Sequence record: NC_055781.1
DNA length: 64,000 bases
Strand: one strand, 5' to 3'
Source of the DNA: Escherichia phage p000v
Positions within the stretch are counted from its first letter, which is position 1; the number at the start of each line of letters is the position of its first letter. Position numbers and translations under genes: made by a program. The notes below the pieces were generated by a model. That model ran no database searches and had not been told where the DNA came from. It saw nothing but the letters and a program-made list of their open reading frames with translations. Below, piece after piece: positions 45,485-53,073 of this stretch.

Positions 45485-45576
45485 CGGAACGTTCGGATAT
45501 GGTCGAGATATGGCCTTTTAAAAATATTGAGTAGCGTCAACTGCTTAATAACCGGGTTCGAATCCCGGCGTTTCGT
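45485..45576 (+). ncRNA. tRNA-like element (canonical T-arm and acceptor pairing; D/anticodon arms do not fold convincingly)
   Basis: CCGGG-TTCGAAT-CCCGG T-arm followed by CGTTTCG, which can pair with CGGAACG about 85 nt upstream; could be a degenerate tRNA or a small stable RNA as in the T4 tRNA region. Confidence 0.25.
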
Positions 45577-45617
45577 ACAAACACTTACCTAGTAGGTGGA
45601 AACCCCGACAAGGTATA

Positions 45618-45648
45618 AAGCCCCTTCCGAAAGGTTGGGGCTTTTTTG
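45618..45648 (+). terminator. Rho-independent terminator
   Basis: AAGCCCC-TTCCGAAAGGTT-GGGGCTT hairpin followed by TTTTTTG; near-identical copy at about 61579-61608. Confidence 0.7.
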
Positions 45649-45656
45649 TATAAATA
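45649..45656 (+). promoter_or_regulatory. Late promoter (TATAAATA)
   Basis: Plus-strand TATAAATA about 36 nt upstream of ATG 45692, immediately after the terminator. Confidence 0.6.
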
Positions 45657-45691
45657 TAGTAAACAATAAACCTACTTTCTAAGGACCATCG

Positions 45692-46318
45692 ATGTATACT
45701 TTTAATGAATTTTTAGCCGAAACGGAAGTAATCACCGAAGCCGGTGTACGTATGACAAAAGAGAAATGGCAAGCTGCTTACGATGCTATTTCTGGTACAA
45801 AAACTAGTACAGAGTTTTTCAAAAACGTTCAAGCCATGTACGGTATCGACACTTCCAGCCAAAAAGAATATTACAGAGCTTCTAAAGCATTCAAAGATAT
45901 TGTTAGTGGTGGTGTTTCTGCTAAATCTGGTTCGCCTAAAGTAAAACCTGCTCCTACCATTCCTAAACCTGCGACCCCTAAAGCAATAGCAAAACCTGAG
46001 CCTAAGCCTGAAGTAAAAGCAACTCCTAAAGCTCCTGCTCTTAAGTTTGATACTTCTAGCCTGGAAAAAAAATATAGACAACTATCTTCGCTTGTTCGTG
46101 ATATTGAATCCGATACATCTTCACTCGTTCGTGAATTCAATAGTCTTCGTAATGGCCAACATATCAACAACCTTGATACCCCAGACCTTTATCGTCTTTA
46201 TTTGACTATCGAAGGTTTGAAGTATACTCAACCACTTCATGATGAGATTAAAGAAAAACTTCGACAAGCAGGTCGTTTGGCTGCTGACGCTGCTCAGTAT
46301 GCAAAAACTCGTAAGTAA
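45692..46318 (+). CDS. Late-expressed protein with CTS-like N-terminus (candidate capsid internal protein) and Pro/Lys-rich linker
   Basis: 208 aa; N-terminus MYTFNEFLAE|T resembles the internal-protein CTS (LxE site at residues 8-10); central PKVKPAPTIPKPATPKAIAKPEPKPEVKATPKAP; late promoter upstream. Confidence 0.55.
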   Translation: MYTFNEFLAETEVITEAGVRMTKEKWQAAYDAISGTKTSTEFFKNVQAMYGIDTSSQKEYYRASKAFKDIVSGGVSAKSGSPKVKPAPTIPKPATPKAIAKPEPKPEVKATPKAPALKFDTSSLEKKYRQLSSLVRDIESDTSSLVREFNSLRNGQHINNLDTPDLYRLYLTIEGLKYTQPLHDEIKEKLRQAGRLAADAAQYAKTRK

Positions 46319-46320
46319 AG

Positions 46321-46342
46321 AATGGGGACTTCGGTCCCCATT
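46321..46342 (+). terminator. Stem-loop (possible terminator or RNA processing site)
   Basis: AATGGGGA-CTTCGG-TCCCCATT hairpin after the 45692 gene; no strong T-run. Confidence 0.35.
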
Positions 46343-46370
46343 AGGGGGTCTATAACTTACTGAAAAAGTT

Positions 46371-46429
46371 GTTTACTTCTTCCCTAGATGTGTTACTATA
46401 GAACCTATCAACAACATGAGGAAAATGTT
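46371..46429 (+). promoter_or_regulatory. Early promoter + leader cassette (PeSL-like)
   Basis: GTTTAC (46371-46376), TGTTACTAT -10, CTATCAACAA leader, SD GAGGA. Confidence 0.55.
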
Positions 46430-46933
46430 ATGAGTCTTTACACTGAACTGAATAAAAAATCTGAAGAATCTGCTGAAACTATTTTTAAAAACGTGCAAAA
46501 GCGTATTTTAGAAAAGATGTATAACGCTGCATCTAAAGGTGAAAAATCTTGCCAGTTTCCGATGAGGTGTTCTTCTGATTTATGCGCAAATACTATTGAA
46601 TGGTTGGAAAGTGAAGGTCTTACAGTAGAGAAAAACCCGGCGACTTCTATTGACAGTGAATCATATATTAGTATTTCTTGGGATAAATCAAGGGTAGAAG
46701 AGAAAGATGGTGATTGGGTTGTAGATGTTAAAACTTCTGATGGTGGACGTTCTGTTGAAGTTTCAGCTGTAGTTAAAGGTACCCACGAACAAAGGACTTG
46801 GGGCTGGGGTGGTGAAGAAAAAGAAATTGTTCTTAGTGTGATTGCCAGGTCAACTAGTAATAAAATTGCACAAAGCATCATTGACGCTGCAATTGCTGAA
46901 GCAGAAAAAATTTGCAAAATTAAAAATAAATGA
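46430..46933 (+). CDS. Hypothetical protein
   Basis: Start at M15 of the track ORF (SD GAGGA); 167 aa. Confidence 0.55.
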   Translation: MSLYTELNKKSEESAETIFKNVQKRILEKMYNAASKGEKSCQFPMRCSSDLCANTIEWLESEGLTVEKNPATSIDSESYISISWDKSRVEEKDGDWVVDVKTSDGGRSVEVSAVVKGTHEQRTWGWGGEEKEIVLSVIARSTSNKIAQSIIDAAIAEAEKICKIKNK

Positions 46934-46992
46934 TGTACAATCACCAAGGATGGTGATACTATAGACTTATCAACTACAGAGGAGTAAACAAA

Positions 46993-47157
46993 ATGACTAC
47001 TTTAATTATTTGGTTCGATGAAAATGAAGAAACATACTGTGTGAATATTGGTGAAAGCCCAATGCCTGAATTTGAATCCTCAGATAAAAACTCTGTTGTA
47101 TCTTGGGCTGAAGGTTATAAAGCAGCTAAAGGTGACGTTGAAATAATTTACATCTAA
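46993..47157 (+). CDS. Small hypothetical protein (54 aa), not in ORF track
   Basis: ATG 46993 preceded by the duplicated 45-nt leader with SD GAGGAG; MTTLIIWFDENEETYCVNIG...; stop TAA 47155-47157. Confidence 0.5.
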   Translation: MTTLIIWFDENEETYCVNIGESPMPEFESSDKNSVVSWAEGYKAAKGDVEIIYI

Positions 47158-47203
47158 GTAAGTTTATGTTATAGTAGTTCTATCAAAACAAGAGGAAAAC
47201 AAA
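47147..47203 (+). promoter_or_regulatory. Decayed early promoter cassette (TTTACA-17-TGtTATAGT) + leader
   Basis: TTTACA at 47147-47152, 17-nt spacer, TATAGT preceded by TG; leader CTATCAAAACAAGAGGAAAACAAA-ATG; upstream IR arm missing compared with the full cassettes. Confidence 0.5.
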
Positions 47204-47431
47204 ATGGCTAAAGTTAGTATTGATGTCGTTGATTATGAATACACAGAAGAAGTTATTCGCAACCGTCACCCTGAAGTTCGTATCGATTCAGTACAAGATT
47301 CCAAGTTCTGGACAACTGAGCTTAATCTGAGTGGTCCTTATGAAGCTGTTAAGAAGTTCATGGTTGAAGAATACTGCGAAGGCATGCACCCCGAAGACGC
47401 CAAGTTTTATGTCAATTTGATTAAAAAATAA
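47204..47431 (+). CDS. Hypothetical protein
   Basis: 75 aa ORF with cassette leader and SD GAGGA. Confidence 0.55.
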   Translation: MAKVSIDVVDYEYTEEVIRNRHPEVRIDSVQDSKFWTTELNLSGPYEAVKKFMVEEYCEGMHPEDAKFYVNLIKK

Positions 47432-47432
47432 T

Positions 47433-47501
47433 TTACAAACTCTTGAGAGCAGAGTATAATGCTCTCGTTGGATAATAAACCACCAATTGAAAGGTAATAA
47501 T
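47433..47501 (+). promoter_or_regulatory. Sigma70-type promoter (TTTACA-17-TATAAT) with inverted repeat flanking the -10
   Basis: TTTACA, 17-nt spacer, TATAAT; GAGAGCA...TGCTCTC inverted repeat around the -10; SD GAAAGG before ATG 47502. Confidence 0.55.
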
Positions 47502-48095
47502 ATGAACACACTGAAGAAACTTGTTGAATTCATCCGCACTAAACTGGGTACTGCTATGGCTAAAAATCTGACTGTAGAAGAACAGTATAACGCAGCTGCA
47601 GATAAGTTGATTACCCAAATCAAAGAACTAAAAACGGCTTCTGTTAAATCTATTAACGAAGAAAAACGTATTCGCGAACTTGTTAATGAAAAGAACAAGC
47701 AAGCCGCTTCTAAGGAACGTGAAATTCGTAAGCTCCTGGCTGAAGGACAAGATGTTACCATGCATGCTAAGCTTGGTCTTCTGTATCGTCGAACTGCCGA
47801 ACAACTTAATACAAAAGCTGACGGTTATGCCGCTATGCGAATTGAAATTGCTCGTAAGGTGGTTGAACTTGATGATGCTCGTCAGAACCTGGCAATCAAA
47901 CTCGAATACATTCGTGAAACTCGAGCAGCCAATGCCCTTGGTATCTCTACGGCTGATGATGTGATTGAAATTGCTGCACTGACTAAGGTTGATATCGAAG
48001 ACACTCTGACTCGTGTCGAAACATTCAATGGCACTCCAGCCGGTGTCGAAACCACTTCTGCTGATGTACAAGAATATATTAACTCTTTGAAATAA
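47502..48095 (+). CDS. PspA/IM30-like coiled-coil protein
   Basis: Start at M6 of the track ORF; 197 aa, almost entirely helical with heptad-like charge pattern ([33 protein letters not shown]...[14 protein letters not shown]) resembling phage-shock protein A. Confidence 0.45.
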   Translation: MNTLKKLVEFIRTKLGTAMAKNLTVEEQYNAAADKLITQIKELKTASVKSINEEKRIRELVNEKNKQAASKEREIRKLLAEGQDVTMHAKLGLLYRRTAEQLNTKADGYAAMRIEIARKVVELDDARQNLAIKLEYIRETRAANALGISTADDVIEIAALTKVDIEDTLTRVETFNGTPAGVETTSADVQEYINSLK

Positions 48096-48103
48096 AATAA
48101 TAC

Positions 48104-48126
48104 GGAGGACTCCGGTCCTCCTTTTG
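48104..48126 (+). terminator. Rho-independent terminator
   Basis: GGAGGAC-TCCG-GTCCTCC hairpin followed by TTTTGG. Confidence 0.6.
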
Positions 48127-48144
48127 GATAATAAAGGAGTTAAC

Positions 48145-48747
48145 ATGCGAAACCAAAATAATGATATTGACTCAATGTTCGAAGAGTTCCGAGATAAGGT
48201 AAATCCACCTACGTCTTTAGTTGATTCATTACGATATGTTGCAACTGGGCGTAAATGGTACTGGTCGTCTTCTTATGAGACCACCGAGAAAACAGCTAGC
48301 CATAGCAGAAAATCTTTATTGGCCCCGGGTATTATGATTCATGATATCGGAGCTATTGCTAAACTAGTTGCAGACCATGATATTAGATTCACTGATTTCG
48401 TTGCTCCTACGTGGTCTGTTTGTTGTTTAAACACTGAATGGGAATATATCAGCGAACGCTCTGAAGATTATTATGGTTTTAGAGATAAGCTTCTGAGGTC
48501 TAATATGTTTTATATCGATACAGAAGTTCTAGTCGATAATAAAAAATATTACTTTACGTTAATCATCGATTCTGAAACTATGTATGAAGGCAAGCCTTTG
48601 CTTAAAAGAGTTGATGCTTTAAGTGCTATTGATGCGCTTTATGAAACTATGGTTGTTAGTCCTAATTTCACTAACAATTTAATCCTTGAGCAATTTATTA
48701 TGGAATGTAGAGAATATGTCAAAGCCAACCCTATACATGCCAAGTAA
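48145..48747 (+). CDS. Hypothetical protein with C-terminal QFIMECR motif
   Basis: Start at M8 of the track ORF (SD AAAGGAG); 200 aa; C-terminus ...LILEQFIMECREYVKANPIHAK shares a motif with 48716, 51356 and 52349. Confidence 0.55.
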   Translation: MRNQNNDIDSMFEEFRDKVNPPTSLVDSLRYVATGRKWYWSSSYETTEKTASHSRKSLLAPGIMIHDIGAIAKLVADHDIRFTDFVAPTWSVCCLNTEWEYISERSEDYYGFRDKLLRSNMFYIDTEVLVDNKKYYFTLIIDSETMYEGKPLLKRVDALSAIDALYETMVVSPNFTNNLILEQFIMECREYVKANPIHAK

Positions 48748-49108
48748 GCCCTGGGCGTATGAATACAAGCGTAAATTAATCCCAAATGAAGTACTATTTG
48801 GCCCTATTTTAGCTTTAGCATTTTTAATCTTTATGATTATAGGAGCTGTTTTAGATTCTAGTGAAGTTATATCGTCTGATGCAGCATTTTCATTAATGTT
48901 CGTCGCACCACTTATTATACCGTTTTTATTAATGCCTATTAACTGGATGGGATATTGGTACCAAGGACGTCATCACAGAGCCCGATTAAGAGAATGGAAA
49001 GTTCAGTGCGCAAAAGCCCAAGCTCAGTATGATGAAGCTGTTAAAAAGTATGAATATGAAGAAGCTATGGAATTCGTTAAGGAAATAAGATGCAAAAGCC
49101 TTAACTGA
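48716..49108 (+). CDS. Membrane protein (two TM helices) with C-terminal EFVKEIRCK tail
   Basis: Start uncertain (ATG 48716 or 48737; track ORF begins with TTG at 48686); TM segments ILALAFLIFMIIGAVL and FSLMFVAPLIIPFLLMPI; helical C-terminal tail. Confidence 0.5.
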   Translation: MSKPTLYMPSKPWAYEYKRKLIPNEVLFGPILALAFLIFMIIGAVLDSSEVISSDAAFSLMFVAPLIIPFLLMPINWMGYWYQGRHHRARLREWKVQCAKAQAQYDEAVKKYEYEEAMEFVKEIRCKSLN

Positions 49109-49206
49109 ATTTATGCTGTTTACGCTTCTCAAATGATTAGTTATAATGAACTCCTAGCTAAACGTGAAAATGAAACAATCGAAAACTTTATTAAGGAATG
49201 TAGAAA

Positions 49207-49512
49207 ATGAGTAAGATTATTGAAATTAAAGTACCAGAGTTTAATGATGCCAAATCCGCTTCAGATGCAATTTATAAACTTCTGAATCAAGCTGAACGTA
49301 TCGAAGAAGAAGCAACAAAGATCGCAGACCAATACGCTGTATCGTTTTCTGTAGGTGATTATGGTAGCGGTCGTACTTATTATCCTAAGGGTGAAATCGT
49401 ATCCCAGTGGATGAAAAATGAAATTGAAAATAATGGTGGCGACGTTAAGCGTGAAGGTAATGGTTACGTTATTACTGAAGGTGCTTGGGTTTCGTCTTCT
49501 GCGTTGTGCTAA
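49207..49512 (+). CDS. Small protein, member A of tandem triplicated family (C-terminal GAWVSSSALC)
   Basis: 101 aa; shares helical N-terminus and C-terminal G-W-V-S/A-S-S-x-x-C motif with 49522 and 49804. Confidence 0.6.
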   Translation: MSKIIEIKVPEFNDAKSASDAIYKLLNQAERIEEEATKIADQYAVSFSVGDYGSGRTYYPKGEIVSQWMKNEIENNGGDVKREGNGYVITEGAWVSSSALC

Positions 49513-49521
49513 GGAATCATT

Positions 49522-49794
49522 ATGTCTAAAGAACAAACCGAACTGGCTGAAGCCGTAGCAAAAATCTATGCAGCTATTGAGGCTGCCAAAGAAATTGCTA
49601 ATAAACAAAACACAACATTCGACTTGTATCCAGCTTATGGCATGGGTGGAACCTATCATTCACCAGGACATCTTAAAGCCGATCTTGAACGTTGTACAAA
49701 AAACGGCTATGCTGAATGGGCTGACGTTTACCAATACGACTACAACTTGAGCCTTGAAGATGGCGGTTGGGTTGCATCTTCTCACACTTGTTAA
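49522..49794 (+). CDS. Small protein, member B of tandem triplicated family (C-terminal GGWVASSHTC)
   Basis: 90 aa; paralogue of 49207 and 49804. Confidence 0.6.
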   Translation: MSKEQTELAEAVAKIYAAIEAAKEIANKQNTTFDLYPAYGMGGTYHSPGHLKADLERCTKNGYAEWADVYQYDYNLSLEDGGWVASSHTC

Positions 49795-49803
49795 GGAAAT
49801 CAT

Positions 49804-50001
49804 ATGTCTCGTGAATTAGATTGTGCTGTACGTACAGCAGTAGCTGCCCTAGAAAACCTGTTCCAGATTGCAACCGAAGAGCGTGAAGAAGTTACATTGT
49901 GGATTGAAGATAACGCAGGTCTGAATCTCCAGGACGCAATCTCGTTATCAAATAATAGTATTACTGTTCAAGGCTGGGTATCATCTAGTTATTCTTGCTA
50001 A
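49804..50001 (+). CDS. Small protein, member C of tandem triplicated family (C-terminal QGWVSSSYSC)
   Basis: 65 aa; paralogue of 49207 and 49522. Confidence 0.6.
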   Translation: MSRELDCAVRTAVAALENLFQIATEEREEVTLWIEDNAGLNLQDAISLSNNSITVQGWVSSSYSC

Positions 50002-50005
50002 AACA

Positions 50006-50063
50006 GTTTACAACAAGATAGGGCTATGTTATAGTAGTCCTATCAAATTAAATGGAGTCTACA
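50006..50063 (+). promoter_or_regulatory. Early promoter + stem-loop cassette (PeSL-like)
   Basis: GTTTAC (50006-50011), TGTTATAGT inside the inverted repeat ATAGGGCTA...TAGTCCTAT, leader CTATCAAATTAAA, SD GGAG. Confidence 0.6.
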
Positions 50064-50303
50064 ATGATTTATTATGAAAGTATCGGAACCGAAGTAGTTG
50101 CTAAAACTATTACTCGTGAAAAGTTTGCAAAGATATTCGATATGCGTTATAAAAAATCTGAACACAAAGGCATCCGATTCGAAGATGCGCACTGTACAAT
50201 TTGCCCTTATAATGAAGACATAAACGGTACAATCGTTCCATTGGTAGAGGCTTCACATGATGACCTCTGGGATGAATATAATATCGCATGTCGCGAAATT
50301 TAA
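50064..50303 (+). CDS. Hypothetical protein
   Basis: Start at M5 of the track ORF (SD GGAG 6 nt upstream); 79 aa. Confidence 0.5.
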   Translation: MIYYESIGTEVVAKTITREKFAKIFDMRYKKSEHKGIRFEDAHCTICPYNEDINGTIVPLVEASHDDLWDEYNIACREI

Positions 50304-50328
50304 GTAATCTAAATTCGAGGAAATTATT

Positions 50329-51285
50329 ATGATGTTAGTTATTGGTTCTCGTGCACTTCACTATCACGGCCTTATTGATTCTAGCGCTATCAAAAATAGT
50401 GATTGGGACTTTATTGCGGACCAAGGTTCTTGGAATGTATTCAAAAATCAAATGATGGGCGTATATGTTCACCAAGATAACCCTGATGTCCAAGTTTTCA
50501 AATGCTTCCATAATGGACGCGAAACTCATTTTGAAGCATACATTGTTCCGGCAATCACTAATGTCCGTGAATTAGTCGGTGAACTCACTCCTGAAGATTT
50601 CACGTCTTCTTATGACCTTTTAAAATACGCCAAGAAAAATTTGACTAAAGACCGTTTGAACGGGTTTTACTGGGCAACTCCTGAGATGTGTCTTGCAATT
50701 AAGATGTCTCATCGTTTCAAGAAAAATAATCCATTCTTTTTAAAGACTATGAACCATATTCAGTATCTTCGTGGTAAAGGTGTTACACTGAACGATGAAC
50801 TTACTGAAATTATGCTGAAACGCCAGAAAGAAACCTTGAATTATGCTCACCCGGTTCTTGACACTTCTAAAAGCGCATTCTTTAAAGATGACATCTACAC
50901 ATACGATCATGATACTATTCACGAAGCCATTGCACTAACAGACCGTCCAGCGTATACATTTTATATGAAAGATGGTTCTGAAGTCATGACCTCACGCGAG
51001 AAGTTCGAATCATTACCGGAAATGGTCAAATTGGCCGGCGTATACGAAGAATCATGTGTACTAGCATTAGAACGTTCTCAGATTCCTAATAACTTTGAAA
51101 TCCATCCACGTGATAGTTTTATGATAGCTCTTGAAAAGGTCTGTACTTCAATCACGTCAGGCTGGTTCCGTGAGTATGCCTGGGAGAACTATGGCAAAGT
51201 AGTAAGTATGTATCAAAGCTTAGGACATGACGATTATGTCAAACGTTTCAAACAAAATTTCCATATGGTAAAACCTTTCAAATAA
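50329..51285 (+). CDS. Hypothetical protein with Pol-beta-type nucleotidyltransferase-like motif
   Basis: 318 aa; N-terminal LVIGSRALHYHGL...NSDWDFIAD (GS...SDxDF pattern similar to the 63423 protein); rest alpha-helical. Confidence 0.4.
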   Translation: MMLVIGSRALHYHGLIDSSAIKNSDWDFIADQGSWNVFKNQMMGVYVHQDNPDVQVFKCFHNGRETHFEAYIVPAITNVRELVGELTPEDFTSSYDLLKYAKKNLTKDRLNGFYWATPEMCLAIKMSHRFKKNNPFFLKTMNHIQYLRGKGVTLNDELTEIMLKRQKETLNYAHPVLDTSKSAFFKDDIYTYDHDTIHEAIALTDRPAYTFYMKDGSEVMTSREKFESLPEMVKLAGVYEESCVLALERSQIPNNFEIHPRDSFMIALEKVCTSITSGWFREYAWENYGKVVSMYQSLGHDDYVKRFKQNFHMVKPFK

Positions 51286-51297
51286 CTTCACAAAACT

Positions 51298-51355
51298 GTT
51301 TACAACAAGATAGGACTATGTTATAGTAGTCCTATTAAAACACGAGGAGAATATT
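51298..51355 (+). promoter_or_regulatory. Early promoter + stem-loop cassette (PeSL-like)
   Basis: GTTTAC (51298-51303), TGTTATAGT inside the inverted repeat ATAGGACTA...TAGTCCTAT, SD GAGGAG. Confidence 0.6.
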
Positions 51356-51661
51356 ATGAAATTAGGCGAAACCAACCGAATTGGTCTTTTAACAATATTT
51401 GCATCACCTTTTTACGCAGCTCTTTCTGTTGCAGTATTACAAAAGGCTTACGATATGGATGGTGTTCCTGGTTGTATATTCTTATCACCATTTTTGTTAT
51501 TCGTTGGAGCACTGCTATTATACGCCACGACTAGTTTCGACCATAATGTCTGGGTTAATTATAAATGTAAATTGTCTGAAGAAGAACACGCAGAAGCTCG
51601 TAAAAAAGCTATTGAATCTACCAATCTAGAAAATTTCATTAAAGAATGTCGAGGAAAATAA
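51356..51661 (+). CDS. Membrane protein with C-terminal ENFIKECR tail
   Basis: 101 aa; two hydrophobic segments (IGLLTIFASPFYAALSVAVL, CIFLSPFLLFVGALLLYA); C-terminus ...NLENFIKECRGK. Confidence 0.55.
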   Translation: MKLGETNRIGLLTIFASPFYAALSVAVLQKAYDMDGVPGCIFLSPFLLFVGALLLYATTSFDHNVWVNYKCKLSEEEHAEARKKAIESTNLENFIKECRGK

Positions 51662-51662
51662 T

Positions 51663-52349
51663 ATGAATAGTTCTAAAGTGTTTAATAGTCAAGCTCGTGC
51701 AGTAGGTGGTTTCGCTGGCCGTATCAGTAATGATAAAATTAAAAATGAGCCTATGTTCTTCAACTGCGACCTGAAGTTTGCTTTTGATAACGGCGGTCCT
51801 ATCACTCGTTCTTTCATCATGAATCTGCCTGATGACTGGAACACTAATGAAGTAGTATTCGATTCACGTGTTCATATGCTTATGCCTGGCTGGTATCCTG
51901 CTATTCCTGGATACCACCATGACGATGTTCCTCGCCCTGATATTCCAGTCGGCCAACACTTTATTACTGCAGGACAACCTGACTATGATAACCCTCGTTA
52001 CCATTCTGAACATATTCTTGGTCTTGTTAACGCTGACGTGTGTCCTACTCATTTTGCAACAGGAACTGCAGAGTTCAGTCAGATTCCTGATGGCGAACTT
52101 ATCTATCGCCAGTGGCACAAAGAAGTCCTCGAAAAAATCGAAAAAGGCGAACTAGAGAAATGGGAAGCTCCAGACCGTACTCTTCTTCAGTTTGATTGGC
52201 AAACATGGCACACTGGTTCTCGTGCAATTAGTAATGGATGGCGTTGGTTCGGGCGTGTATCTCGTAATACAGACCGAGTTAAAAAGATTACCAATGAAAT
52301 TCGTGTCAACGCTCAAGTTTATCTAGAATTCCCTATGGAAGGCTGGTAA
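51663..52349 (+). CDS. Hypothetical protein
   Basis: 228 aa ORF tightly packed after 51356; His/Asp-rich segment (YHHDDVPRPD...HSEH). Confidence 0.5.
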   Translation: MNSSKVFNSQARAVGGFAGRISNDKIKNEPMFFNCDLKFAFDNGGPITRSFIMNLPDDWNTNEVVFDSRVHMLMPGWYPAIPGYHHDDVPRPDIPVGQHFITAGQPDYDNPRYHSEHILGLVNADVCPTHFATGTAEFSQIPDGELIYRQWHKEVLEKIEKGELEKWEAPDRTLLQFDWQTWHTGSRAISNGWRWFGRVSRNTDRVKKITNEIRVNAQVYLEFPMEGW

Positions 52350-52840
52350 TGATTAACAAAACATATTGGTCTAATATTGACGACGGCAATGAAGGTATTT
52401 CGTACTATTCAGTGGATTGGACAGGATGTCCATCCTACTTAGTGAAACGTATTTGCCAAGAATTTAAAATCGACCAGCCAGCAGGTATTATCGTGAACAG
52501 ATACATTAATGGATATCAACCTATCGATGAAGTAATACGAACAACTCAAGCTGATCTTGAAAAGTTTTTCAATAAGTGCCAATGGATAACAGGATGGATT
52601 ATATTTGTACCGTCGGTATGGTTTTTTAGTACTAAGGTGAGTTCTTTCGGTTTTGTTGATATTATTGCTATCTTATTAGCATCTACTATCGTAAGTATAA
52701 TTGGTGGTATAATTGGTGGAGGTACTATAGGCATCATTATTAATCTTGTTAAAAGTAGTTTACAGGAACGTAAAGACAAGATAAAGGCCAAGAATAACGA
52801 AGTTGAACGTTTTATTACCGAATGCAGGAATTTGAGATGA
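52349..52840 (+). CDS. Membrane protein with C-terminal ERFITECR tail
   Basis: 163 aa; soluble N-domain, two TM segments (WIIFVPSVWFF, FVDIIAILLASTIVSIIGGIIGGGTIGIIINLV), C-terminus ...NNEVERFITECRNLR. Confidence 0.55.
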   Translation: MINKTYWSNIDDGNEGISYYSVDWTGCPSYLVKRICQEFKIDQPAGIIVNRYINGYQPIDEVIRTTQADLEKFFNKCQWITGWIIFVPSVWFFSTKVSSFGFVDIIAILLASTIVSIIGGIIGGGTIGIIINLVKSSLQERKDKIKAKNNEVERFITECRNLR

Positions 52841-53073
52841 GTATAGCAATTTACATTAAATCAGAATCATGCGATAGTTATCTGTACACGTATGATAAAG
52901 ATGTGTCAGAAGAAAAAATCAAAGACGATCTTAATATGGACCTTGATATGTTCTGTCCTATTGCAGATTACAAACTTGCGGTCTCTAATAGTGAAAGTCC
53001 ATCTAAAGAAACGCGTATTGAAGAATTTATGTCCGAATTAATGGCCAAATCATGGGACCGAGATGATGAGTAA
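52837..53073 (+). CDS. Hypothetical protein
   Basis: Start at M6 of the track ORF (ATGA overlap with 52349 stop); 78 aa. Confidence 0.5.
   Translation: MSIAIYIKSESCDSYLYTYDKDVSEEKIKDDLNMDLDMFCPIADYKLAVSNSESPSKETRIEEFMSELMAKSWDRDDE

Noticed and set aside
45485-45576. A second bona fide tRNA gene
   Set aside because: Only the T-arm and acceptor pairing are convincing; D and anticodon arms could not be folded, so it is reported only as a low-confidence tRNA-like element.
45713-48146. Minus-strand ORFs in the accessory region (45713-46081, 45871-46170, 46438-46947, 47288-47761, 47433-47618, 47628-48146)
   Set aside because: All are antisense to plus-strand genes that have promoter cassettes and SD sequences; the whole right half is transcribed rightward with no minus-strand promoters seen.
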